DNA of 64,000 nt from Chlorokybus atmophyticus (Eukaryota; Plantae; Mesostigma and Chlorokybus algae): the NCBI GenBank assembly GCA_009103225.1, contig RHPI01003369.1, forward strand, positions 1,099,490-1,163,489. The letters run 5' to 3'. Below the pieces are notes generated by a model that saw nothing but the letters and a program-made list of their open reading frames with translations, ran no database searches and was not told where the DNA came from. Below, piece after piece: positions 40,311-60,759 of this stretch. The position numbers and the translations under genes are program-made. Position 1 is the stretch's first letter, and each line of letters begins with the position of its first letter.

Positions 40311-41760
40311 TCATGATGATGCCGGTGACGCAGGGCCTGAAGCGCTGTCGTACCATACTATCTGTATGCCGCCGCCTTGCGAACTACCCTGCTGATGCCT
40401 TTGCGGCTGAAGCGGGAACGGCGTCATCAAGTGCGGCGGGAACGGGTGGTCACCATCGGGGAATAGCCGCAGCTTCCGCGCTCGTTCCTGCGTGCAAACG
40501 CAAGTAAGACCAAGTGAACTTGGTGTGCCACAAGCACAACATGACGTACCCTACACATGCAGATGATCATGCGCGGTTCAAAACATCTCAACACACACGG
40601 CAATCAGCTCTGTGCACACGCAAGTTAACATGTGTGTATGGGTGTGCATGTAACAGCGATCCCCCCGACCTTCTGTAATCTGTTTTTAGGCAGCATGCGC
40701 AGCACGGCCATGCGCAACACCTCTGTCGGATCCCGCTTCATCCACTCCTCGGGAGTCCTTTGCTTGATACCACCAGGGTACCTATACAACACAATATGCA
40801 CATGATTCAAACTTTTAATCTCTTCTCGTCTCATGTGCATCATTGAGGTTGAGTGACAGGAAACCAACACATCACCCTCGATAATCAAGCTACCTCACGT
40901 ACACTCGCCATCTATGGGTTCTACATGCCAAATACACAGCCGCAACATGGTATCCGCGCGCATGAATGTGCCGACCCACATGTATACAACACAACTCGCA
41001 CTTGTAGCATCACTTTCCCAACTAGCATGCAATGGGGTCATATATGGGGCAAACAGCAATACACTACTACTCACCCCGTGTGCCAATAATAGACCTTTTC
41101 CTTCATCTTGTCGCCAGTAAACTTGACGTGCCGTGCGTTGACCACCACAACCACGTCGCCCTCGTCCTTGTTCGGGGCGTACGTGGGCTTGTCCTTGCCT
41201 TGCAGTACGTGCGCAATCTGCGAAGCTACCCGCCCCACAACCTGCATGGCAAGTTTAATGCACACAACAACAGCAAGTGCAAGTGCAAGTGTGCATGGCA
41301 GCATGCTGCTTTCTGCCATGTTGGCACTGACACGCTTTTGCTGTTACTGTAAGTGTTGTCTTGTTGTAGTACATGAACATGTATGTCAGTGATGAGTACT
41401 ATCAAACGCAGTGAGGGGATGATGGCTGTTAAATAAACTCACCAAGTCTTTGGCGTCTAGAAGGCGCCACCGAAGCCCTTTGGTCACAACATTCTGCGCA
41501 TAGCAATTGCGAAATTCAGTTGATATCACATCTCATGCCAAACCACCGCTAGAATAATACCTGAGCCACTGTAAGCAGCATTAAGAAAAAACGTAAACCA
41601 ATCATCCCACATGCACATCATACTCGTAGCACGACAAGCTTGGTACACCGCCATGCATGAGGATGATTCTCTTTATTCATGTAGCTCAGCGCGTTCACAC
41701 AAGCTGTATAGTCTAACAGCAGCAGCAGCACAAAATCACCCTTAGCAACGGCGGCGCCAT
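40311..41760 (-). CDS. MRPL13: Bacterial-type ribosomal protein uL13, plant mitochondrial type
   Basis: Five exons: MAPPLLR|NVVTKGLRWRLLDAKDL|VVGRVASQIAHVLQGKDKPTYAPNKDEGDVVVVVNA..YYWHTG|YPGGIKQRT..MLPKNRLQK|ERARKLRLFPDGDHPF..TGA. Confidence 0.92.
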
Positions 41761-43194
41761 GTCGCTGGAGGTGGCTGGCTCTGGCACTCCACCTACACGC
41801 ACCTCATCCGCGCCTCATTCGCTCAGCTCACTGACTGGCAACCACATAGAGACCACCTCCACATCCACCGCCTCGACCTCCTCTCCCTCGTCCGCCTTCT
41901 TCTCCGCCTCCGCCGCCGGGAGTGTGGGTTACACCGGGTGACCCGAGAAAGGGACGTAACGGACATACACCACGTATCTCGCGTTGTCCGTTACGTTCTG
42001 CAACGATTTCCCGGGCTTTTATTCAGCATATGTTTTGTTGCTTCATTTCTCTTGCCCATCATTTCTTGGCGCTATAAGCTGTATGCAAGCTCTTTCGAAG
42101 GCTGAGCTGAGCTGAGCTGAGCATTGCTTATGGCAGCGGCGGCGTTTTTTACTGCACAGTGCTCAGCTTCCCAAAGCTGGCCTTGTTTCTGTGTGCATTG
42201 TGCAAGTAAGTTAGCCCAGCTGTGAGCTGGACTGGACAAGACTGTTGGACAGAGCAGCTGGAAACTCCAGTGCTAAGCAGCTACAGTGGCTACTCTACTG
42301 CTGCTGTACAGCAAGCATTGCAAGCCCAGCTTGTGCTTGACTGTGTTTTACGAGGTGAGTGCGCCCCTTTTGTTTGCTGAAAGCTCAAGCTCTCGTCAAG
42401 GCAGCTAGCAAGGGTGATACGAGCTTGCAGCTGCATTCATTTTACTCGCAGCATTTTTTCACTTGGACAGCTGTTGTGAATGTGCTCTTACCTACTACTA
42501 TGAAAGGCAAATGCTACTGTTGTTCAGTGCTGTTGCTTGCATTGCCATGCAAGCAACAGCATCGACATGCTTGCTGCACCCGTACATGCACTAGCCTACG
42601 CCAGCATTAAGCAGCCATACTGAAGTAGCTTGACTTTGTGGGAACAGGGCATGCATAAGGACAGCGATTGTTGCTGAGCTGTGGCCGTCCAGCTTTGCGT
42701 ATAGCAACGAGAAGATCTGTTACCCAACAGCGGCATTTTACTTGACACATGGCGAGCTCAGCTCACTTAAAGTGACAGGTACACAAGCCCCAAACAGCTG
42801 GCATCGCATTGGTCACTACACAAGAGTGTTTCATTTGACCCTCCTCCTGTAGAGTGTGTGTTGTTTTGTTGTGACACACATTCGCAAGGCAGTCAACGTT
42901 CTTACTTACTGCAACGTGTGAAGCCGTCAGCTCAAGTCAGTGCAAGTCTCAGCCAGCAAACCGGAGCAATATGGTGGTGAGGCTGAGTTAGCCAGCAAGT
43001 AAACGAGCAGTAAGCGCACAACCCCACACAATGGGTTATACGAGCGATCTCCCGGTCGCATGCGTACTCTGCCATCAAGAGGAGAACATGATTGCGGGTC
43101 AATTGCGCACATACCCAGTTGTGAGTTCTTGCATGCAATGCTATTGCAACCTTGTCACAAAAACTCAGATTAGGCTTCTGTCGCTTGACGTCAG

Positions 43195-50994
<7,800 letters not shown>

Positions 50995-51298
50995 TCGAGC
51001 CACCTTTTGCAATGCCTGTTAACTGTGTGCAGTGTTTGTCTGGCTGCGTGTGCACTTGTACAGGTGTGCGTGTGCAGGCGTGCGTGCGTGCGTTCCTATG
51101 ACTGTGCCTGTGCGTGTGTGCGTGTGTGCATGCACGAAAAAAAAGATGTTAGATTGATTGCCGTCCCACCTGATGCTGAGCGCATGTGATGTGTGAGTTC
51201 GTGGACGGCTCGTGCAGGGGCAGCGTGAGCGCGGGGGTGCAGCATCGCGTCGCCCATCCATGGGGCTGCACCGCTGCCCAGTGGAAGCTGCTGCAGAC

Positions 51299-51299
<1 letters not shown>

Positions 51300-51339
<40 letters not shown>

Positions 51340-51596
51340 NNNNNNNNNNNNNNNNNNNNNNNNNNNNNNNNNNNNNNNNNNNNNNNNNNNNNNNNNNNNN
51401 NNNNNNNNNNNNNNNNNNNNNNNNNNNNNNNNNNNNNNNNNNNNNNNNNNNNNNNNNNNNNNNNNNNNNNNNNNNNNNNNNNNNNNNNNNNNNNNNNNNN
51501 NNNNNNNNNNNNNNNNNNNNNNNNNNNNNNNNNNNNNNNNNNNNNNNNNNNNNNNNNNNNNNNNNNNNNNNNNNNNNNNNNNNNNNNNNNNNNNNN
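51300..51596. other. (GA)n tract followed by an assembly gap (N 51340-51596)
   Basis: Read directly. Confidence 0.99.
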
Positions 51597-52079
51597 AGGG
51601 GGGGCGGGGGGGAAGAAACTTTTTGACTAGACACATACACATGCATGCGCTCGCGGACACGTGCACACATATTATGCACAACCACAAGCATACAATCGCA
51701 CAGGCACAATTGTGCTTTCTGGTACACACCAACACATGCAAACGCGTCTGCGCTCACCTGTGCAAACATTCGCAAACACAAGAGCCAAGTAATCTTAGTG
51801 TGTTTGAAGTATATAGCTTGAGCCTGGGGGAAGAGTGATGGGACTGCCGCTGACTGCCTGCATGCGTGGTATGCGTGACACCATGCATGTCATGTGCTTA
51901 TCACCTTAAGCATGTGACTCTTCTAGCATACTATCTTTTGTACACATGTGCGCAAGCGCACACACACGCAAACATACATGCGCAAGTGGATGTGAACATG
52001 CACACATGCATGAGCACACCCACGCACGTGCATGCACGTAGTGTGTGTACCCACAAAGAGGCTTCTCCACTACTAGAGG

Positions 52080-55000
52080 CCGCTTGCAAAGATGTAACGA
52101 ACTTGGGTGTGTTTGAGAGCAACATAGCGTACTATGTTGCAGGACTATGGGGGTGTGAACCCATCGCAAAAGGCACATGACAAGCTTAGGCGCTTGAAAG
52201 TTAAGCATGGGCAGTCAATGGAGGACTTTACTGTCTTCTTCGAATCAGTGTGTGCCGAGGTCGACCCTGACATGCCGCTCTCTAATGCGGAGAAGATGGA
52301 CAAGTACTTAGCTGCTCTTTCAAAGGATATGCAGAAGCGATTGACCTTCAAGGAAGGCGTTGAATTCTTCACTCATGCTGACTATGATTGGATGAAGCGC
52401 ATGGCTGTGCAGCATGACAACAGCCAGCGCATGATCAACCAGGCAAACTTTGCTCTTGAAGAAGCTGACTCTTGTGAATAGCTTCCAGCTCTCATCGTCC
52501 ACCACCACAGTCGCTGGTGGCAATGGCAATGGCAGAGGCAACAACCGCAAGCGCGGGCGCTAATACAGCAAAGGCAAGCAACCCGTCCAGCCTACCAACA
52601 AGAAGCGCACCATCAATCTTTAAAAGGTTAGCCCGGAGCTGAAGCTTAAGGGTGCTCGCTTTAAGGCCGGAGTGTGCCTTAAGTGCGGAGAGAAGGGCCA
52701 TCGAATGGTCACGTGCCCCAAATTGGGGCCCACAACCCCGCCAACGACAAGCCCGTTGCATAGGATGACGGGGTGGAAATTCTCCACCCCGCTTGAATTT
52801 GCTCGACTAGCAGCAAGGCCCTGCTATCTACCAACATTATGCTGAACTTTGTTGGTAATGTACACCCTTCCCTGCGCACATGTGATGTTGATATGTGAAA
52901 CAGTGATATGAGTGTGCCTGTTGACTCAACTTTCCAATACATGACTGTGTGGGCAAGCATGTGGTGCTCAATGCGCCTTTTGACAAGTTGTCAAGCTTGC
53001 TTGAGCACTACGTAGAGTGCAAGAGCAAGAGTACGCATAACACAAGTGCATGTGTTACTGTACTCAAGTACAGAGGGCAATGGTTGTTTATTACAAAGGG
53101 TATGCAAGTGGTGCAGGAGATTGACAAGGCTCAAACTGGCTTGATGTGCTGTGTGCGTGTCATGTATGCCCCGCAAGTTCTCCATCGGGGAAACTTTTTT
53201 TAATGATTACTTGGATTTTACGTGGTTGTTCAAGGCTACAGTTGCACGTGTGTCAGCTACTATGACAATTGATACTGGATGTAGACACGAGTGAGGCTTT
53301 AATATAAAGGCTGGGTATTCGTGTGGATAAAGGCAGCGAAGTAGTAGCCAAACTTGACAAGCATGAGATCCCAGTATGAGGGTCTGTGCTTTTAGCTCTA
53401 CGTGTGCAAGGCTATCACGCCCAACTTTGGTTTCTCGTGGTATCAGTATAGGTACCAGGTGTTCATGTCATTGTTGGTGCTCATTATGAGCGTGCTAATA
53501 GCCTGCGAACAGACACAGACACTAGCATGTGCAGTGTACGCAAAAGAAGAGGACGTGTGACCCTTAGAGCAGAGGGATGTGATGATGCTTCCCCTGTCTC
53601 CAGTGATGCAGCATGTGTCACCGTTGTTGTTGAGTGGCATGCAGATAAAGAGAGCCGTGAAGAAAGGTGCTGAACTCATCTGGTGCTGATCAAGCCACTT
53701 GCTGACGAAAAGAGTCCCATTTCAACCTATTGGCAATGAGCCAGGCACACCATTGGAGGCTCGTTTGCATGAGCAGTTTGAGGTGTTTAAAGCTTAGCTG
53801 CCAAAGTTGCCGATTGAGAGGGAAGTTTTGCATACTATCCCTCTTATGTTGGGTGCACAACCTCCATTTAGGCCTGTATATAGGCTGAGTTCAGCTGAGC
53901 ATGCGCACATGGAGAAGCCAACTTAGGCATTTGCAAAGGGATCCACTGAGCCAAGTAGCTCTCTTTTCGGAGCATCTATTTTGTTCAAATGTAAAAAGGA
54001 CAGCACGCTGCGCATGTGTGTAGACTACATGGCTCTAATTAAGTTCATCAGCAAGAATTGATGATCTATTAGATCAATCGAGCGGAATCTTGCTATTTAA
54101 TTTAATTTATATATCAAATGGCTATCATAAAACACGCATTACCTCGGAAAATGTGCCAGAGTTTGGAACGCCTATGGGCCACGTTTAGTACAAAGTACTC
54201 CCCTTTGGGTTGACGAATGAGCTAGCCACCTTTCAAGTTATAATGAATCAAGTGTTCCATAAGCTGATTGAAAAGTCAGTACTTGTGTACTGCCTTTTAA
54301 GGCAGCTTACGAGATGATGTCATGGTGTTCAATAAGACCCCTCAGGCTCATGATGTACATGTGCGTGAGGTGTTGAACACGTTACGTGCCAACAAGTTCT
54401 GCGTACATGCCCAAATGTGAATTTCAAAAAATTGAGTTGGATTTCTTGGGGCACATTGTAAGTGCGAAGAGCGTGTGTCTTAATGAGGAAGGTTGCAAAC
54501 CTTGAAGGTGAAGGAGTAGCCTGCTTTTAAGAATGTGCACGAATTACGTGCCTTCCTGGGTTTGAGCAACTATTTTCGGATGTACATTGTGGGTTACTGA
54601 TCACGAGTAGCACCCCTCATCTACTAGTTACGTGACAAAGTTATGCGGGGGTGGGCGCAAGGGCAGGCAAAGGCCTTTGAGTCCATCAAAGAGGTCTTGG
54701 TGACAGCACCTGTGTGACAGCTGCCTGACTCCACCAAGCACTCTGAGGTTGTGAGTGACGCATCCCTTGATGGCACTAACGCAATATTGCTCAAGGAGGG
54801 ACTCCCACTTGCGTATTTAAGCAACAAGTTCTCTCCAGCTGACAGAAACTACACCACAACAAAACAAGAGTTGTTGGGGGTAGTCCATGCGCTACAGGAG
54901 GGGCGCTGCTAACAGGAGGGGATGGAAGGGGTTTACAGTGGTTACAGACCACAACCCCCTTGTTTTTTTTCACACCCAACCAACTCTGCCAAGAAGACAA

Positions 55001-55990
55001 GCACGGTGGGCTGAGTACTTGTTGCATTTCAACTTGGGTATACATGATAGGAAAAGCGAACATGGCAGATTCCTTGAGTCGCCCGCCTTTGTTGTTGGCA
55101 GCAATGACACGGGCTAGTTGCACCTTAAGAAAGGGAGCACAACTCCAAGAATGGGAGCAACAACCATGTCTCAACTGCAAAGGCAGTCTGATTCGCAACC
55201 AAGTGAGGCAAGTGCCTAAGAGTTGCCAATTGCTGATGAATTGGTTTGTACTCATGTATCAAGGGAAGCTGCTGATGCAAGCGGGGAGGACCTGTTGAGG
55301 ATATTTCTACATCTAGGTCAGCCGGTCACCTTGCCCTCTGCATAGGAATAGCGGTTAGAAGGTTCCAGGTGCGTCGGCAAGTCCGGAGTCTGTAGACTTT
55401 CAGGCGCTGTAGAATGATTGTATCTCGGTGTTTACTTAACAGATTGGCGTGTGCTATAGCTTGTTGAAAACCTCTTGAAGCTAGCTACATGGAGCAACTT
55501 AAAGCGCAATTTTATGGTTGAGTGTGCTAGATGCAGTAACTTCTAGAGTAGAAGCATGTGTAGCTGGCGGGTATAAAACCCGTGGACATGATGGCAATAG
55601 ATGGTCTTGTATGGTCTTCTTACGCTGGTGTTGTGGCGTGCACTTGTGCATGTGTATGCTTGTCACTGTCCATTTCAACAGGACCTACTTGCTGATGAGA
55701 TACGGAATATTAATGCGCGTCTACCACAGGCTTACGCACTTCTTAACTGATTTGTTGAGCTGCTAAAGCAAGGAGATGACAAGATCACTTGCTATAAGGG
55801 TATGTGGTACCGTGAGGATAAGTTGATTGTGCCTGATGCACTCGGTTTGGAAAAAAGAGTGCTTGTTTGAGGCACACAACGCAGGGTACAGTGGTCACAT
55901 GGGAATGAGCAAAACCATCAAGACTGCAGCATCAGTACTAGTGGCCTACTCTGGCTGCTGATGCAACCAAGTATGTGCAGGCCTGTCAAG
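52080..55990 (+). mobile_element. Degenerate Ty3/gypsy retrotransposon (gag-CCHC, RT, RNase H, start of integrase)
   Basis: gag ORF 52134-52481; CLKCGEKGHRMVTCP near 52675-52720; RT remnants (PFRPVYRLS, LRMCVDY, PFGLTN..TFQ..MN); RNase H (DAS, RNYTTTKQELL, VVTDHNPL); AHNAGYSGHMG and KYVQAC. Many stops and frameshifts; no LTR pair found. Confidence 0.88.
55293..55680. mobile_element. Solo LTR (388 bp) inserted in the gypsy pol
   Basis: GGACC|TGTTGA ... TTCAACA|GGACC: perfect 5-bp TSD and 6-bp terminal inverted repeat. Confidence 0.85.
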
Positions 55991-58900
55991 AGGGAGGTGC
56001 TACCGCCCCCTTTAATCCCTACGCCAACACCACCAACCACAGCCACGTCGCCGCCGCCGCTGGCAGCCAGGGGATCGAAAGATCCCCTGGCTATAACGGT
56101 CGCTGCGTTAGCAGCGCCGCCATGCGGCCGATATCGACTTGAGACTCATGTCTCAAGTCGATATCGGTGTTAAATAACACAACATTGTATTAGGGCCTAT
56201 AAAGGCCCTAATACGACTTTAATGGCTGTGTTTATCCCATTGAGACCCTTATTTCTCATTGAATAAGGGCGGGGAACCGCATAGCGGTAGCACTCCGTTA
56301 CATTCCCCCCCATTAAAAAACCTGAGCGAGAAAAGAACCAGGGCCGAAGCGGTAAAGATGTCTGCCAGCACCCTTTTACCGTCCGCGTGTGGACACATCA
56401 CTCCAGTACGCCCGATGAATCTCCTGGCGGTTGGTAAGATTCCTTTCCGGTTCCCACGTGTTGTGTTCAACACCATACCCTTTCCATTTCAGCAAGTAAG
56501 TCGGCGCGCGTCCGCGTCGGGGCTTACGGTGACTCAGGATTGTTTCCACCTCATACTCGAAAGTATCATCGCCATCCACTGCGACTTGGAGTGGAGGAGG
56601 TTGAACCCGACCGTCGGAACGGTACGGTTTCAGTACACTCACATGAAACACATTATGTATACGTATGAAATGTGGTAAATAAAACGATACGCGTGAGTCG
56701 CCGACCCGATTAACCACTTTAAAGGGGCCTATCCAACGAGGGAAAAATATTCGGGTACCCACTCCCTGGATGGATATGTTTTTAGTGCTCGAAAGCACCG
56801 AATTGCCCACATCATAGTCGGCCTGCCTACGATGCTTATCAGCTTTGGCTTTCTGTCTGTCCTGCGCTGCGCGCAGATAGCTCTTTGCCAATGCTAAACT
56901 GTCTTGCATGGCCGCAGCCATCTCGCGCGCTGCAGGCACATAAGTCAAGTCGTTAATTGGCAACTAAGTACTCGCAGGACTTTGTGGATGCACTCCGTAA
57001 TTTAAGAAGAACGGAGTTTCCTGCAAACTCTCTTGCCATGCATTGTTAATCGTGAACTCAGCCATTGGAAGATAAATATCGCATTCAGACTGATTCAGAC
57101 TCACATAATGCTGAATGGTTTCCTCAATCAATTGATTGGCGCGTTTAGTCTCACCATCAGTCTGCGGATGATAAGCGGTACTCATGTGCTGCTGTATCTG
57201 CAGGAAGTTGCATAGCGACTTCCAAAACTGAGCTACAAACCTCGGGTCACGGTCAGAGACAATGTTGCGCGGCAAGCCGTGCAACTTGAACACTAGACGC
57301 GACAAAAACCATCATTAGATCACGGGAGCCTATCTCCGTACGGCAAGGAACAAAGTGAACCATTTTGGTCAAACGATCCACAAACACTGCAACCGCAGTA
57401 TGACCCAACGCTGTCTCACGGAGCTCAGTGATAAGGTCCATACTCACACTTTCCCACTTACTATCAGGAACTGATAACGGCCGCAGTAGCCCAGCGGGCT
57501 TTTGACGTAATGGTTTGTCACGTCGACATTTGTCACACGTGTCCATATACCGCTTGACATCAGCAGGCAACGATGGCCACCAATACAACTGTTGCGCTGC
57601 CTTAGTGGTCTTGCAACTACCAAAGTGCCCAGCGTACGGTGGATTGTGTACATCCGCTATGCATTTTACACGCAGTTCAGCATGATCAGGGATCGCCAAA
57701 CTGTTGCTCATGTAATACAGGTTGTCATGTTTGTCTAACTTCTTCTGCAAGTTGTCTGCATTAGAAAACCATGGGTCCAAAGTGTACCCCTGTACAAAAG
57801 TTTGCACAAACTCATCACCGGGAGATAATGTGCTGCGTGTCGCGAGTAATTGCGCGCGCATCACCGCCAGTCATGACGGGCAGCGACTCAAAGGGTCAGC
57901 CACATTGGTTCTGCCCGGCAGATACACCCAATCAAAGGTGAACCTGGACAAAAACTCATTCCAGCGCGCTTGCCGTCTCGATAAGTTTTGCTGTGTTGAG
58001 AAATACACCAACGGGTTATGATCAGTCACAACAGTGAACTGAACACTCTTTAAGTAACATCGCCATGTCTCGAGAGCATGAACTATACCCAATAGTTCTT
58101 GCTCTGTCGTAGTGTAGTTCACCTCTGCAGGAATGAACTTCCTACTCTATAAGCACAAGGTCTACCATCTTGCAATAGTATCGCACCACACCCCAAGTGT
58201 TGATGCGTCACTGACCACTGTGAAGTGTTTGTCCTAATTGGGCAGTGCTAACACCGGCGCCGATGTTAAAGCCAACTTCACCTTTTGCATAGCAGCGTCT
58301 TGTGCTGTTGTCCAAGTGAACGGGGCATCTTTACGCAACAGTTTAATCAAACGCATGACAACTGTCGAGTACCCCATCATAAACTTGCGAAAATAGTTTG
58401 CCAAATCGAGAAACGACCTTAGTTGATGGATATTCTGAGGTTGGGGCCACTCTTTCACAATCGGCACTTTGCGAGGGTCAGGTAAAGGTACTACTCGCCC
58501 TTGAAAGGTAGCCAAGATTCCGTGACTGATGCGCGGGTTAATCAATTTTGCTGACAACCGCACTATCCCCGTCTCACGCTTTGTGAATTGTTTCAACACA
58601 GTCCCCCCCCGAATATGCTTTAGCCACGGTCCATGATACTTCGGCACCATGACAACCATACTCAATGTCGTGTGTTTATTTTGTAACTCACACAATGTGC
58701 GCATAACTTCTGTTAGCATGTTAAATTCTACATGCACTAGCACACAAGCCTGTTCATCCATTTTTGCACTAAAAAGTGGCAGCTTATCATGTGCTTGCCA
58801 TGCATGTGTCATTACATGTACACGAGACAATTCATCAACCAGTTTGCTGCATGTAACACTAGCAACTGGCCACTAAATGAAGGTACATCAGTCACGACGT

Positions 58901-60388
58901 AATCCTATTCAACCTTCTTGGCCTTGCCCTTTCCCTTGGTTGGCCAGTTCTTTGCAATGTGACCTGGCTGATGGCACACGTAGCAGGCGCGTGCTGCAAT
59001 AGGCGTAGCACCACTCGCAGGTGCGTATGAGGTTTTGGCCTTTTTCGCCGCATGCGCACTTGGTGGGGGGAACCGCTTCCCCCCTCCCCCATGTGGCTTG
59101 ACTGAAGCCACCACCTGTGACTTGTCCTGCACAGCCGCAGCATCGTCATTGAACAGATACACGCTCAACCTCTGCAAGGTTGCGAGGTCCGCGGGAATCC
59201 ATGGTTGCCCCGTCGACGTGTTGTACTGCAACTGGTCGCGCAAGCGCGCATCCAAGCCGCGCTTGTACATGTCAAACTGCGCAGCCTTGTTCATGGGCAT
59301 GAGCCCACTGTTGACACGGCCAACAAGTGCCTGAAACTCTTGCAAGTACATTGAAGCCGCCTGAGCATTCTGTCGCAGCTTGGTAAGCTTGTTGCGAGCA
59401 GCAGTAGCCGGGTCCATGCCACCATAGCGCTCCACCAAGAACTGAAACAATGCCTCCACAGTCTTAGAAGCACCATCCTCCGTTTGATGCGCCCACTCGG
59501 CCAAAGCGTCAGGTGGCATGAGCAACTCAGCAACAGATGTATGCTAACTAACTGGTCGCTGAAGTGCAGGCAAGTAGCGCTTTACATTCACCACCCAATC
59601 ATGAATGTTCACAGCCCCATTGGGCTTGAACTTTTCGGGCTTGTTCAGCGCTGTGACGGGTAGGCCAGCTGATGTCCCTACTATAGTAGTTGTAGCCCCT
59701 GCCACCTGCTGGCGTAATGCCACCAACCAGGACTGCATAGCATCGAGGCGTACAGTCAAGCGCTCTTCTCGAGCTAACTCCTCCATCTCGGGCCCTAAGT
59801 ACCAGAAGAGGTCCTTGCAACGCTTCTGAGTTTCCACCGTCAATAAGGTGAGAACCTCGAACGCCATCCTCTGGCCTGGATATGGGCCTGGTTTGTCATA
59901 AGTAGCCATAAGAGTGGCCACTGCCGGATCCGTGCACATAAGTTGCGGTACATTACGCGTCAACTCGTGCTCGAGCATGCAAATTACCATCTCCTTGCTT
60001 GCGCGCGGGAGTGCCGCGAAGTCCGTCTCATATGCGTTACGGACTTGCTACGCCCACTCGTCCCACACTTCCTTGCGAAGCTGGGGGTGTGCAGCAAGAG
60101 CTTCACGCTCTGATGCGTACTTCCGAAGCAAAATGTTTCCCCTGCCGGCCGATTAAATACTGGTAACGGCCGTGCACCTGAGGATACTCATTTGGACTGT
60201 CGTGGCTCAGTCCACCTGTAATCTCGATACAGAGACCTGAGTATAACGGCCGTCCCAGGCCGTTTACATAAAGGGACTGACCTAGACGGACAGGTACCTG
60301 TCAGGTACTTATCAATCATGAAACCGGCAATCAGCCAGCGATAATGTACGTATTACATCCCTAAAAACATTTGGGATTCGGCGTTACA
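55990..60388 (-). mobile_element. Degenerate chromovirus (Ty3/gypsy with C-terminal chromodomain); RT core largely deleted
   Basis: gag 58905-59990 with CYVCHQPGHIAK; RNase H (NYTTTEQELL, TDHNPL); integrase (HNPPYAGHFG, WESVSMDLI, AYHPQTDG, FPRWIGPF); chromodomain EYEVETILSHR..YLLKWKGYGVEHNTWEP. PPT at 56303-56312 then an LTR starting TGTAAC at 56302. Putative 5' LTR at 60217-60388. Confidence 0.9.
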
Positions 60389-60759
60389 AACATATTTTGA
60401 CAAGTCGTAAAAAAGTTACGGCTTCGGCCACAACTTCGTTAGAGAATCCGCCATGATCTGCCCTCAACCTTCAACAAAGAATTTGCCAGAGCCTTCGTAA
60501 CATTATGGCTCAAGCCATAACTACAAAAACCCTACCGGTGAGAGCAGCAGGTGGTATAAGAGTGTGACCATCATCTTGTGGTGAAAGTTGCTGGCTTTGC
60601 AAGAGTACTTGTGTGTGGGGTGCCTGGCTGAAGCTGTTGAAGGGTGCTTTCCCCATCTACTCCCTTTTGGGGTTGTTGCTGGTTGCAAGGTGTGTTGTAA
60701 AGTTCAGCTGCTTGTGCAGAGGTTTGTGACCTTCTCAGCAGGTAAGTCAAGAGGTCGAC

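Noticed and set aside
51019-51838. Long ORFs spanning 51.0-51.8 kb
   Set aside because: Artefacts of translating through the N gap and (GA)n/(CA)n repeats.
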